Shown: positions 40,286 to 50,814 of the stretch, one piece after another
Layout: each line of letters starts with the position of its first letter
How positions within the stretch are numbered: position 1 is the stretch's first letter
Assembly (NCBI GenBank): GCA_965222375.1
Contig: CBDCTZ010000009.1
Location: 160,001-224,000 of the forward strand
DNA: 64,000 nt
Source of the DNA: Polyangiaceae bacterium
Lineage (GTDB): Bacteria; Myxococcota_A; Polyangia; Polyangiales; Polyangiaceae
Direction: 5' to 3'
Notes under the pieces: model-generated
What the model was told of the DNA's origin: nothing
Seen by the model: only the letters and a program-made list of their open reading frames with translations
Database searches by the model: none
Translations under genes and position numbers: made by a program

Positions 40286-40408
40286 AGTTGTGCGAAATCG
40301 CGCCGGCGACGGGCGTCTTGCCGACTGGTGAGGGCTGCGGTGCGGGCGGGCCTTTGGGGGCCCGCCACGTCCGCACCTCCGCCGGGGCGCCGGCGTCGAG
40401 CGTGTCAG
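40286..40408. repeat. ~123-bp inverted repeat, left copy
   Basis: Closely matches the reverse complement of 42227-42350. Confidence 0.85.
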
Positions 40409-42012
40409 CAGTACGTGCGCCGGGGGACCAGCACCGCAAGCGCTTGGCGCAGAAGTGTCTTGAAGCGCGCTACGTTTTCGTCTGCCGAGGGCAGCAGCGT
40501 GAGGGTGGCTAGGGCTTTCTTGGACTCTCCGCGCCGAAACCCCATCGTGGTGAGTGCGCATAGCAACCTGGCTTCCATCTCGTCTGGTCTCAGCGTTCGA
40601 GTTCCGCGGAGGGAAGCCGCGTCGGCGTCGTCTCTGCGTGAGTCAAGGTGCCGCGCATGCGTCCTGCTCGAAGCTTGTCCAGGCACTGCGCGAATGGCAG
40701 ACGCCTCGCAGATATCTATGTGATGTTCCGCGACTGATGCATCGCTCGACTCGTTATCCAACCTTCGCTGGTGACGCGGGTGGAGGTGAATGCCGTTTTC
40801 CATGGACTCTCCCTGCTCGTCTCGCGCGCTCGTGTCCGTGACGTTGCTCTGCTGCGGTGCGGAGCTGGACTCACCGTCGAACCTTTGCTGGCGGAGGTGG
40901 ATCGCACTCTCTACGGACTCTTGCCCGCATTCGTTGTGCGCGCTCGCGTCCGTGATGTCGCTCTGCTGTGGTGCGGGGCTCGACTCCCTGTCCAACCTTC
41001 GCTGGCGAATACGAATTCTACTCTCCATGAATTCTCTGCCGAATACATTCTCGGCTTCGAGTGCATTGTGGGCGGCGCACAGCACGCGGCCGTTGCGGCT
41101 GGTGCCGCGGCCGCCCCGAGCGCGAGCCGTTCGGTGATCCATTTCCAGAAACGCTTGCGCTTGGCAGCGCTGCCCGCTCGGTGAAACGTAGGCGCACTGC
41201 TCGCCGTCACGCTCGTAGATTTCCCGGCGAGCCTCCCGGGAGAAGTTTCCATTCTTCGTGCCCTTGGAGGGGCGCGGCTTGTTGGTTTTTCCAAGCTTCT
41301 TCTTTTCGATGTCTGCCAAGAGCAGGTCGAGGCTCTTCTCGATGAGGGTCGCGAGAGCTCGTTTCGGGTTCTGATGACTGGTTAGATTGAGTGCGCGCTC
41401 TAGCTTCGCTTTCAGCTCCGAGCCCGCGGTAAACTGGACGTGGAAGCGGCCCGCGGACAGCGGCGACACGCGAGGCTGTGGCTCGCGCGGGCGTTCGGTT
41501 GCGGCCGCCACGTCGATCCTTTGCCCCGCCGAGATCCCGCGGCCAGACTCGCCGCTGACGGCTGTCTGAGCTGGTAGGGCTCGAATGGTGTCCAGCACAT
41601 CCGGCCTGGGATGCCGAGAGCGGATCAGCCGCTCGATCTCGGCCTTGCTCTTGTCGCAAACCTCTGAGAGCAGCTCAGCGTGGTTTTCCTCATCTAGGTA
41701 CGTTTGCAGCATGCTGAGGGCAGTGACATGGAGCCGACCTTCACGCAGCAGTGTCAGGGCCATCGGGTAGCTCCGCGCAACGCGAGAAGCTGCGATGTGC
41801 CGATGAGCGCTGCCCTCGCTGAGCTTCAGCTTGCGGCAGCAGAAGTCGTACATGGAGGAATACGCTTCCTTGCGCTCCAATCGCCGCACCTCCACCTCGC
41901 CGAGGTAGGCGACGAGCGCTGCAGTGACGCGGCGCCGTGAGCCAATCACGCCGTCGAGTTTCGTCAGGACTTCGGCGTCCGAGAGATGATCGAGCTTCAT
42001 GCATGCTGGCAT
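40405..42012 (-). CDS. HNH endonuclease-domain protein with DUF222-like N-terminus
   Basis: ERDGEQCAY...RC...EMDHR...ARGG...NGRVLCAAHN; N-terminal YSSMYDFC...LSEGSA; internal ~37-aa repeats. Confidence 0.85.
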   Translation of the reverse strand: MPACMKLDHLSDAEVLTKLDGVIGSRRRVTAALVAYLGEVEVRRLERKEAYSSMYDFCCRKLKLSEGSAHRHIAASRVARSYPMALTLLREGRLHVTALSMLQTYLDEENHAELLSEVCDKSKAEIERLIRSRHPRPDVLDTIRALPAQTAVSGESGRGISAGQRIDVAAATERPREPQPRVSPLSAGRFHVQFTAGSELKAKLERALNLTSHQNPKRALATLIEKSLDLLLADIEKKKLGKTNKPRPSKGTKNGNFSREARREIYERDGEQCAYVSPSGQRCQAQAFLEMDHRTARARGGRGTSRNGRVLCAAHNALEAENVFGREFMESRIRIRQRRLDRESSPAPQQSDITDASAHNECGQESVESAIHLRQQRFDGESSSAPQQSNVTDTSARDEQGESMENGIHLHPRHQRRLDNESSDASVAEHHIDICEASAIRAVPGQASSRTHARHLDSRRDDADAASLRGTRTLRPDEMEARLLCALTTMGFRRGESKKALATLTLLPSADENVARFKTLLRQALAVLVPRRTYC

Positions 42013-42226
42013 AACATGCGCTTTTTTACCCTCGCAGCTGACTCGCTACGTGGCGAACGCGGCGCCGATCGGCGCGAGAATCATTTCGGGAGCGAAAGTA
42101 CGCGTACCGGTCACGCACGCTGCGCACGGGTACACGCAGCATCGAGCTGGCAAGTAGCGCGTGGGTGCACCAGAAATCCTGTCAACAAGATTCTCAAAAA
42201 ATGTATCGTTGTTCCGGAGCGTGTCA

Positions 42227-42350
42227 CTGACACTCTTGGCGCCGGCGCCCCGGCGGAGGTGCGGACGTGGCGGGCCCACCCAAGGCCCGCCCGCACCGCA
42301 GCCCCTACCCGTCGGCAAGACGCCGGTCGCCGGCGCGAATCTCCGCAACT
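42227..42350. repeat. ~124-bp inverted repeat, right copy
   Basis: Closely matches the reverse complement of 40286-40408. Confidence 0.85.
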
Positions 42351-42842
42351 CAGCATCGCGGTTGCCCGACCAATTTGTACCCGCCCGATGGGAGGGCTCC
42401 GTACAGAATTCGCGCAACTGATCTGTCCAATGTGCCGAACAAGATGCCCTCCCGCCCTGGCACGTCACCGCACCTGCCTATCCGCCCCGTATTCCGGCGG
42501 ATTGATCCGTTGCAGCCGTCCGCGTTTCCCAGTGGCGCCTTCAGGCCGCTCAAGCCGCGCATCGCGCTCATTCGCACACGCCGCGGCCTCGGAGTTGTGC
42601 CGAAACTCCGCCACTCGAGGCACTACCACCTCCGTTCCGCGCAGCCGCTCGCTCGACTGGTACGGCGCGCCGGGGCTGGTGACGCGTGGGTCCCGTGCGG
42701 GGGAGCTGCTCAGTTTTGCGCAGGTTGCGCGAACGCGTGCTGGGGGCCCGAGCGAGCGGGCTGGGGCGCGGAGCGCCCCAACGGGTGCAAGCGCGGGATT
42801 CGGGCAGCTGGGCCGCACATGTGGCGACCCAACCAAGGACGC

Positions 42843-43817
42843 TTACTTCGACGCCTGGTGCTTTTTGATCTCTTCCACCATCGCGGGGACGGCTTGGAAG
42901 AGATCCGCCACCAGACCGTAGTCGGAGATGGTGAAGATCGGGGCCTCGGGGTCCTTGTTGACCGCGACGATGGTCTTGGAGCCCTTCATGCCGGCGATGT
43001 GTTGAATGGCGCCCGAGATCCCGACGGCGATGTACAGGGAGGGGGCGACGATCTTGCCGGTTTGGCCGACCTGATAGTCACCCGGGCAGTAGCCCGCGTC
43101 GCAGGCGGCGCGGCTGGCGCCGATGGCGGCTCCGAGGGTGTCGGCGAGAGGCTCCATGATGTCGAAGAACTTCTCTTTGATCGCTCGGCCGCCGGAGACG
43201 ACGACGGAGGCCTCGGTCAGTTCGGGACGCTCGCTCTTTACCGTGGCAACACCGAGGTGCTGCAAGCGTGCGGCGCCAGCGCCGGGTCCGACCACGGCCA
43301 CGTCTTCCACGGGCGAAGCTCCGCCGCTGGGTTCAGCGGGATCCACTTCACTCTGTCGGCAGGTCGCGACCTGTTTGTCGGTGGACAGCTGGCAATAGCC
43401 GAAGGCGTTGCCTGCGTACAAGGGGCGCTTGTAGGTCAACTTGCCGCCCTCGTCGGCGACGCCGGCGCAATCACCCGCGTAGGCAGCGCCGAGGCGTCCG
43501 GCGACCCGAGGCATCAGGTCTTTTCCGAAGCTGGACGCCGTGGCGACCAACACGTCAAAGCCCTTGCCAACCTCCGCGACCGTGGGCGCGTAGGTCTCGG
43601 CCAGGTAGTTCGCGAGGCTTGCGTCTTCACATGCCAGCACCTTCGCGGCGCCGAAACCAGTCAGCTCGGCGGCTCCCGCCTTGGCCTTGGCTCCCAGGCA
43701 TAGAATGGAGAAGCTGCCGCCGCCGCTCGCGCTCTTGGCGAAGGCGATGGCGCTATGGGTGGTCTTGCGGACGCTGCCGTCCTCAGTGAGCTCTGCAACT
43801 ACGAGTACATTTGCCAT
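42843..43817 (-). CDS. etfA: Electron transfer flavoprotein alpha subunit
   Basis: GASRAACDAG, QVGQTGKIVAPSLYIAVGISGAIQHIAGMK. Confidence 0.96.
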   Translation of the reverse strand: MANVLVVAELTEDGSVRKTTHSAIAFAKSASGGGSFSILCLGAKAKAGAAELTGFGAAKVLACEDASLANYLAETYAPTVAEVGKGFDVLVATASSFGKDLMPRVAGRLGAAYAGDCAGVADEGGKLTYKRPLYAGNAFGYCQLSTDKQVATCRQSEVDPAEPSGGASPVEDVAVVGPGAGAARLQHLGVATVKSERPELTEASVVVSGGRAIKEKFFDIMEPLADTLGAAIGASRAACDAGYCPGDYQVGQTGKIVAPSLYIAVGISGAIQHIAGMKGSKTIVAVNKDPEAPIFTISDYGLVADLFQAVPAMVEEIKKHQASK

Positions 43818-43832
43818 GACGAGTCTCCTTGA

Positions 43833-44663
43833 TCAGATGACCTTCGCCTCGTTGGCGAGCTTGCCGACGAGTTCTGGCACGTCCTTGACGATGATGCCGG
43901 CCTTGCGCGCGGGGGGCGCTTCGAATTTCGTGTAGGTCGTGGAGCTCTTCATGTCGCCCACGAGGTCTGCCAGGTTCTTGACGGCGAGGGGCTTGCGCTT
44001 GGCCTGCATGATGGCGGGCAGCGGCGCAAAGCGAACCTCTTCGTAGCTGTATTTGAAGTCCGGGGCGCTGTGCTTGGAGTGCACGCTACCTGGGGACACG
44101 ATGCGCAAGTCCACCGTGATGACACCCGGCGCTGCGATCTTGACTTTGGCGACGCCGCCGTCCACTTCGCGCTCCACGAGCAGGCCGTCGGCCTCTTCTT
44201 GGATCGTGGCGGCGAAGGTTGCCATCGGCCAATCGAGCATCTCCGCGAGGACCTGCCCCACCATGTTGCTTTCGCCGTCGACGACCTGCTTGCCGAGAAT
44301 CACGAAGTCGGGCTTCTCTTCTTCGACGACCTTCTTCAGAGCGGCGGCGACCACGGTGCCGTCCAGGGCGTCGTCGTTGGCGTCCACTCGGATCGCGCGA
44401 TCCGCACCCGTCGCCAGCGCCGAGCGCAAATTCGTCTCGGTCTCTTTGGGGCCGAGGGTCACGGCGACCACTTCGCCCTGACGCTTCTTGGGCGCTTTGC
44501 CATCTTCCGTCAGGCGCAGGGCTGTCTCCAACGCGTACAGGTCGAAGGGGTTGATCTGCCATTCCAGGCCGCTGGTATCGATGCTGTCGCCCGAGGCTGG
44601 AATTTTGATCTTGTTGTGGTTGGCCGGGTCGGCCACCCGCTTGAGCGCAACGAGGATCTTCAC
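43833..44663 (-). CDS. etfB: Electron transfer flavoprotein beta subunit
   Basis: GTG start after GGAGG; KILVALKRVAD, INPFD, ALATGAD, GKQVVDG. Confidence 0.95.
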   Translation of the reverse strand: MKILVALKRVADPANHNKIKIPASGDSIDTSGLEWQINPFDLYALETALRLTEDGKAPKKRQGEVVAVTLGPKETETNLRSALATGADRAIRVDANDDALDGTVVAAALKKVVEEEKPDFVILGKQVVDGESNMVGQVLAEMLDWPMATFAATIQEEADGLLVEREVDGGVAKVKIAAPGVITVDLRIVSPGSVHSKHSAPDFKYSYEEVRFAPLPAIMQAKRKPLAVKNLADLVGDMKSSTTYTKFEAPPARKAGIIVKDVPELVGKLANEAKVI

Positions 44664-44886
44664 GGGACCTCCTTCAATTGTCGGGGCGGCGGGACGGGGG
44701 CAGGGCGCCCTCGCGGCCGCGCAGGAAAAGCGCACCGGCCCCGCGGCCGAGGCCGTTTTACCGGTGCAAACTGGGGATTAGTGCCTTTGAAGCGGCGCGT
44801 CAATGACGCTTGCGGGTGGCGGAAGGGCGCCGCGGACCCAGGGCAGGGCACGCGCGGGTCTGCGGCCATCGTGTAACGTCGGCGCC

Positions 44887-46494
44887 GTGGAGACGACGGA
44901 CGTTCTAGTTCTCGGAAGTGGGATCGCCGGGCTCACGGTCGCACTGAAGAGTGCCGAGCACGGCGACGTCACCGTGGTCACCAAGCGCAAGAGTGACGAC
45001 TCCGCGACGGCCTGGGCTCAGGGAGGCATCGCGGCGGTGCTGTCCGAAGAGGATTCCTACGCTGCGCACATCGCCGACACCCTGACCGCAGGCGCCGGGC
45101 TGTGCCACGACGTAGTGGTCGAACTCTGCGTGCGGGAGGGACCCGCGGCGGTGCGCTGGCTGATCGAGTTGGGCGTGGAGTTCTCGCGAGGCGAGGGGGG
45201 CGAGCTGGATCTCGGACGCGAAGGTGGCCACACCCAGCGCCGCGTCGCCCACGCCGGGGACATCACGGGTCGCGAAATCGAGCGCGCCCTGTTGGAGCGC
45301 GTGATCGAGCACCCACGGATCCGCTTATTGGAGTGGCACATGGGGATCGACTTGATCACTCTGAGCAACTTCGGCGGACCCGATCGCTGCGCGGGCGCGT
45401 ATGTGCTCGACGAAGATAGCGGCAAAGTCGAAACGATTCTGGCGCGAGCGACCATCATTGCGACGGGTGGTGCGGGCAAGGTGTACCTGTATACGTCGAA
45501 CCCGGACGTGGCTACCGGGGATGGCGTGGCGGTGGCGTATCGGGCCGGCGCCGAAATCTCAAACATGGAGTTTTATCAATTCCACCCAACGTGCCTATAC
45601 AACCCGCTATCCAAGAACTTCCTGATCAGTGAAGCGCTGCGGGGCGAAGGCGCGGTACTTCGGCTGCCCGAAAGCGGCGAAGCTTTCATGAAGAAGCACC
45701 ACGCGATGGCGGACTTGGCGCCCCGCGACATCGTGGCCCGGGCCATCGACTTCGAGATGAAGCGCACCGGTAGCGACTACGTGCACCTGGATATCAGCCA
45801 CAAGCCCGCGGATTTCGTGCGGGATCGCTTCCCGAACATCTGCGCGGAGGTGGAGCGCTTCGGCTCGGATATGACCAAGGAGCCCATTCCCGTCGTGCCC
45901 GCGGCTCACTACATGTGTGGCGGCGCCACCTCCGACATGCGCGGGCGCACTACGTTGCCAGGGCTGTGGGTCATCGGTGAAGCTTCCTGCACGGGGTTGC
46001 ATGGTGCCAACCGCCTGGCTTCGAACTCCTTGCTCGAAGGTCTGGTGATGGGCATGCGGGCGGCGGAGAAGCTCGGACAGCTCTTGCCGGAGCTGCGTGA
46101 AGGTCCCGTCGCGAGCGTGCCGGATTGGCAGATCGGTTCGGCGGTGGCCAGTGACGAGGAAGTCGTCGTGGCGCACAACTGGGACGAACTGCGCCGCACG
46201 ATGTGGAACTACGTCGGCATCGTGCGCACGAATGCACGGCTGCGGCGCGCGGCGCGGCGCATCGCCTTGCTGGAAGAAGAGATCCGCGAGTACTACTGGA
46301 AGCACTTGGTGAATCGAGATCTTCTGGAGCTGCGCAACATCGCGACCGTCGCCGGCTTGATCGTCTCCCACGCCGCCGCGCGCCATGAGAGCCGCGGTTT
46401 GCACACCAATCTGGACTACCCAGATCTGCGTGAAGAACTCGCGACGGATACGGTCGACAAGCGGGGCGTGCCGCCCCATTTGCGAGGCCGCTGA
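44887..46494 (+). CDS. nadB: L-aspartate oxidase
   Basis: GSGIAG, WAQGGIAAV, REGGH, QFHPT, HGANRLASNSLLE, HESRGLH. Confidence 0.95.
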   Translation: METTDVLVLGSGIAGLTVALKSAEHGDVTVVTKRKSDDSATAWAQGGIAAVLSEEDSYAAHIADTLTAGAGLCHDVVVELCVREGPAAVRWLIELGVEFSRGEGGELDLGREGGHTQRRVAHAGDITGREIERALLERVIEHPRIRLLEWHMGIDLITLSNFGGPDRCAGAYVLDEDSGKVETILARATIIATGGAGKVYLYTSNPDVATGDGVAVAYRAGAEISNMEFYQFHPTCLYNPLSKNFLISEALRGEGAVLRLPESGEAFMKKHHAMADLAPRDIVARAIDFEMKRTGSDYVHLDISHKPADFVRDRFPNICAEVERFGSDMTKEPIPVVPAAHYMCGGATSDMRGRTTLPGLWVIGEASCTGLHGANRLASNSLLEGLVMGMRAAEKLGQLLPELREGPVASVPDWQIGSAVASDEEVVVAHNWDELRRTMWNYVGIVRTNARLRRAARRIALLEEEIREYYWKHLVNRDLLELRNIATVAGLIVSHAAARHESRGLHTNLDYPDLREELATDTVDKRGVPPHLRGR

Positions 46495-47577
46495 GTGGCG
46501 AAAAACCCGAAAATTGCCCTGTGCTTGCCTGGCGGCGGGGCGACCGGGGCGATGTACCAGATTGGCGCCCTGGCCGCCTTCGAGCACTGCGTGGAGGGCT
46601 TCGAAGAGCGCGGCTTCGACCTGTACGTCGGCACGAGTAGCGGCGCGACGGTGGCGGCGGTGCTCGCCGCGGGCCGAGATCCAGAGCGGATCTACCGCGC
46701 CTTTCTCGATCCGGCGGACAACTACTTCCCCCTCGAGCGCAAGCATCTGCTGCACATGGACTTCACCGAATGGCGCCGCACGGTGGTGGCGATCTGGCAG
46801 ACCTTGCGTCACGGCAGCACCAGCCTGCTGTCGCGGGCGCCCACGCCGTCGCCTGCGGTGCTGTGGGAAGAGATGGATCGCCTCTACGACACCATGCCCG
46901 CGGGTTTCTTCTCCTTGGATCGCTACGAGCGATTTCTGGAAGAGTTCTTCGTTCGCCGCGGCATTGCCAACAGCTTTCCGCTGATGCCGCGGCCCTTGCG
47001 CATCATGGCCCACGATCTGGACTCCGGCGAACAGGTGCTCTTCGGCGGAGATGGCTTCGATCACGTGCCGATCACCCGAGCCTGCATCGCGTCCATGGCG
47101 GTGCCACCGTTCTTTTCGCCCGTGCGCATTGGTGGGCGTCACTACATCGACGCCGGCGCGGCCCAGCTCAGCCACCTGGATGTCGCCGTCGATGAAGGCG
47201 CGGACGTGATCCTCGTGGTCAACCCCATGGTGCCGGTGTTTGCGGAAGGCGTTCCCACGGGCCACGGCCCCAAGGCGAGCGTGCGCAACAAAGGGCTGAT
47301 GTGGGTGATGAACCAGTCGATTCGCATCGGCATGCACCGCTTGATGCAGGAGTCTCTGGCGCGCATTGCCGCCACGGGAAAGACCGACGTGCTTCTGCTC
47401 GAGCCCGACCCAACCGACGCCATGCTGTTTATGCACAATCCGGCGAGCTTCGCCGAGCGGCGCAAGATACTGGAGCACGCCTACCGCACCACGACGAAGG
47501 TGGTGACCGGCTGGTTCGAGGCCGGCATGCCGGCGCTGCGTCGGGCGGGCTTTGAGGCGCAGGCGCCGGGCAACTAG
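46495..47577 (+). CDS. Patatin-like phospholipase
   Basis: GGGATG, GTSSG, YIDAG motifs. Confidence 0.9.
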   Translation: MAKNPKIALCLPGGGATGAMYQIGALAAFEHCVEGFEERGFDLYVGTSSGATVAAVLAAGRDPERIYRAFLDPADNYFPLERKHLLHMDFTEWRRTVVAIWQTLRHGSTSLLSRAPTPSPAVLWEEMDRLYDTMPAGFFSLDRYERFLEEFFVRRGIANSFPLMPRPLRIMAHDLDSGEQVLFGGDGFDHVPITRACIASMAVPPFFSPVRIGGRHYIDAGAAQLSHLDVAVDEGADVILVVNPMVPVFAEGVPTGHGPKASVRNKGLMWVMNQSIRIGMHRLMQESLARIAATGKTDVLLLEPDPTDAMLFMHNPASFAERRKILEHAYRTTTKVVTGWFEAGMPALRRAGFEAQAPGN

Positions 47578-47658
47578 CGGCGTGAGTTTTTCAGCCAGGT
47601 TACTGCGGCGGCGCGGTCCCCTGGCGTCATCGGGGAATTCTCGGATACTTTACCGGAC

Positions 47659-48138
47659 ATGGGCGTGCTGAGAGTCCTGCTGTTGATTGCCCTGCTCCCG
47701 CTGGTGGTCGCGTGCCAGGAGCCGTATCGAGTGGGTGAACATGTCTGGGTCGAATGGGAAGGCCGAGAGTACCCGGCCTACCTCTTGGAGAAGCGCGGAC
47801 GTTCGCGCTTTCGCGTGCACTACGACGGCTATGACTCGCGCTGGGACGAAGACGTCACCCTCGATCGCATCAAGCGCCGCGTGAAGGGCCCGGTCACCCC
47901 TCCGCCCCCGCCCGACAAGGTGGCGCGCGCTTCGGGCGTGACGCCCAAAGCCGCCGGCTCCGCGGGAGCCCCCAGCCCCTACAAGCCCATGGACAAGCTC
48001 CGCGTGCGCTGGCGTGGCTCGGTCTACAGCGCGACCGTCATTGCCGTGGTCTCTTCGGACAAGCTACTCGTCCACTACGATGGCCACGAGAGCGCTTGGG
48101 ACGAGACCATCGGCGTCGACCGCATCGTCACCCCCTGA
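47659..48138 (+). CDS. Lipoprotein with two Tudor/Agenet-like repeats
   Basis: VVAC lipobox; two VHYDG..S.WDE motifs. Confidence 0.8.
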   Translation: MGVLRVLLLIALLPLVVACQEPYRVGEHVWVEWEGREYPAYLLEKRGRSRFRVHYDGYDSRWDEDVTLDRIKRRVKGPVTPPPPPDKVARASGVTPKAAGSAGAPSPYKPMDKLRVRWRGSVYSATVIAVVSSDKLLVHYDGHESAWDETIGVDRIVTP

Positions 48139-48330
48139 GCCCCGTTGTTTTTTGGGGTCGGGGGCCATTTCTCGCTCCCCGAAAACGCCCAACACCCGCA
48201 GCCAGGCCGCATCAGCCTGCTGAGTTCGTCGGCCAGAACGATGCGCATGAGGTCGTTGGGAGCCGGACGCGCTCGCCGAGCTTGTGTCTCTCAGAGACGT
48301 TAACGCTTCCCGATCGGTTAGAGTTGACCA

Positions 48331-48660
48331 ATGGCAATTCGCAAGTTGCAGCCCGTGGTTCATCGCGCGACGGAGCGCCTTCTCGAACTGCTTCGCCAGC
48401 GCGGACTCGAGCCGGAGACGGTCTACAGCTACGGTGCCATCGACATCGATCCCAAGTACCTAACGATGCACGTGATGCTGCGCACCAACGAGGAATGCGA
48501 GGCGGCTCGCGACCGGCCGGAGTTGATCGATGCGTGCTTCGCGGTGCTTGCCGAGTGTGGCTATCCGAAAACGCGGCGGCAAGGCGTGCACATCGGCTTT
48601 GAATCGTTGGAGCGAATCGACGAAGAAGCCGGGGGAAACTGGTACCACTACTTCAAGTGA
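48331..48660 (+). CDS. Hypothetical protein
   Basis: 109-aa protein-like ORF ending GGNWYHYFK. Confidence 0.65.
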   Translation: MAIRKLQPVVHRATERLLELLRQRGLEPETVYSYGAIDIDPKYLTMHVMLRTNEECEAARDRPELIDACFAVLAECGYPKTRRQGVHIGFESLERIDEEAGGNWYHYFK

Positions 48661-48888
48661 GCGCCGGAGCCACCCTTGTTCCAAGCCAACCAGTAGGTCC
48701 CACCCAACAGATCAACCGCGCCGAGAGCCGGGATCGCGGCCGGGTATTGTGGGGTTACAGGGAGTGACAAAGTGCTCCCGACCCCAAAAGAATAGAACCG
48801 AACTCAGACTACGACCGAAATTTGTCCATTTGGTGCTCGCGCTGATAGGCCTCGGAGCAGACGACATTCCCGAGACCACTTCGGCTCG

Positions 48889-49374
48889 GTGCTCGCGAAA
48901 GGCATGGCTATGGATGGGCGCACCAGTGTGTCGCGACGTCGACTCGTCGCATTGCTCGGCGTGATCGCGTGCGGCTGGGCCGGCGCGGCGCAAGCTGGCG
49001 CGCGGGCGGAGGTGGCTCTGGGCGAAGTGAACGCTCGGGGCGCGTCTGGTAATGCGTCTTTGGAACGACTCTTCGAGAGCAGTGTGGAGCGCGAGCTTTC
49101 GCGTCTGGATTTGTCGCGCGCTCGCAGCCGAGATCGCTTCGTGCTGAGCGCCACGCTGCTCAAAGTGGGTAGCCGCAAGGATTCCGAGGGCGCTCAGGCT
49201 CGTGCCGTGGTGTCGGCGACCCTGCGCAAAGCCCGCGGCGGACAGCTCTGCGCCATCGTGCGGGGGAGTGCCCGGGCGACGGATGCGTCGACGGCGAGCA
49301 AAGACGCGGAACGCGCGGCGGTGCGCGCAGCGGTGCGCAGCGCGCTCGAACGCGTACCCGACGCACTGCGCTAG
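48889..49374 (+). CDS. Hypothetical exported protein (start uncertain)
   Basis: Signal-like RRRLVALLGVIAC...AQA. Confidence 0.6.
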   Translation: MLAKGMAMDGRTSVSRRRLVALLGVIACGWAGAAQAGARAEVALGEVNARGASGNASLERLFESSVERELSRLDLSRARSRDRFVLSATLLKVGSRKDSEGAQARAVVSATLRKARGGQLCAIVRGSARATDASTASKDAERAAVRAAVRSALERVPDALR

Positions 49375-49477
49375 GCCGATTCTGGGCGCTGGTGCGCAAT
49401 GTTAACGCTGTTAACATTGCGCGGGACGTGCTCGTCGCAATGTGGGACCGAGCTGAAAGCGGGTCGTCGCGCTGGGA

Positions 49478-50800
49478 TCAGCCGAAGAGCGGCAGATCCT
49501 CGCCGGGGAGTGGGAAGGCGTTGGCGACTTCGGAATCCGAGATGGTTGCGACTTTGCGAAGTGCGCGGTGAATGGTCTCGGTCTTGATGCGCACGCCATC
49601 TTTGGCGTTGCCCAAGGTGGCGAGAGAGCCGGGATCGACATTCAAGGGCTTCTGATCGGCATCGTTGGTCGCGCCGATGACGCGGTTGCCGGCGATGCCG
49701 GGGCCCATGGCCATCATGCTGGTGATCGACCAGTGATCCTTGCCACCATTGTTTCCGGTGGAGTTGTAGCGGGGCGAACGGCCGAAGTCCGAGGCCATGA
49801 CCACGTAGACCTTGCCGCCCAGGCCCTGGGCCTGGATCTCGTCCATGATGTAGTTCACGCCCGAGAGCAGCTTCTGGATCTGCCGACGCTGATTGGTGTC
49901 GTGGTTGGCGTGAGTATCGAAGCCGCCGATGCTCACGTTCGCGGCGGCAGCCAGCCCGGACTTGAAGGCCGCGATGGCGATCTGCGATTGCTGCATCAGG
50001 CGCTCCAGATCGCCCAAGTTGCCGGGAAGGTCCACGGGGGTGTTGGGCAGCTGCAGATTGGCCAGCTCGTTTTCGCTGAGCCTCGCCAGGTGCAGCTGGT
50101 CCATGCCGAGGCGGACCCGGGGCAGACGCATGTTGCCGGTGAGCTTCTGTAGCCGTGCCGACTGGGCCTGCGCGATGCGATTGAAGGTCTCGTCGGTGTG
50201 GTACTTGTCACCCTGAATGTCGTTGGCGTCGATGGCGTTGGGGAACGCCACCTTGCGCAGGGTGCTAGTGCTGTTCACGCGGGTGAGGGCCACCACGTTC
50301 TGGGTTGAGTCGTAGCCACCGCTGGACAGGAAGGCCATGGGCTTTTCCGGTGCCCGGGCACCTGCGATGAGAGCACCCAGGGCAGGGTAGCCCTCGGGGA
50401 TGCGACCGCACCACATGGCACGGTTGCCCGCGTCGTGGTTGTTGGTGGTGGTGTCGACGCCATTGATCACGCAGAGCTGGTTCCCGAACTTGTTCAGGAA
50501 GGTCTCCGTGCTCATCAAGTGGGACTCTTCGGTGGCGCCCAGGTTGATGGCAGCCACATCCACGGGGATCGGCGCGTAGGAGATGTTGCCCACCTTCTGG
50601 ATGGCAGTCGTGATCCGGTTTTGCTCCGCGTTCGACGTGGGGTCGAAGAGGAAGCGCGGATCCCAACCACCGCCAGCGTTGACCATGATCCAGTAGGGGC
50701 CACCGAAGGGCGCCGCTGCATCCGCGTCACGAGTGAAGACGGGGGCCGTCAGGGCCATCCCGCTGATTGCTGCTGCTTTGAGGAAATTACGTCGCTGCAT
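49478..50800 (-). CDS. DUF1501-like Tat-exported protein
   Basis: QRRNFLK Tat motif, GGWD, GFDTHANH, SDFGRSP, GKDHW. Confidence 0.88.
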   Translation of the reverse strand: MQRRNFLKAAAISGMALTAPVFTRDADAAAPFGGPYWIMVNAGGGWDPRFLFDPTSNAEQNRITTAIQKVGNISYAPIPVDVAAINLGATEESHLMSTETFLNKFGNQLCVINGVDTTTNNHDAGNRAMWCGRIPEGYPALGALIAGARAPEKPMAFLSSGGYDSTQNVVALTRVNSTSTLRKVAFPNAIDANDIQGDKYHTDETFNRIAQAQSARLQKLTGNMRLPRVRLGMDQLHLARLSENELANLQLPNTPVDLPGNLGDLERLMQQSQIAIAAFKSGLAAAANVSIGGFDTHANHDTNQRRQIQKLLSGVNYIMDEIQAQGLGGKVYVVMASDFGRSPRYNSTGNNGGKDHWSITSMMAMGPGIAGNRVIGATNDADQKPLNVDPGSLATLGNAKDGVRIKTETIHRALRKVATISDSEVANAFPLPGEDLPLFG

Positions 50801-50814
50801 GATCTTCCTCCTCC

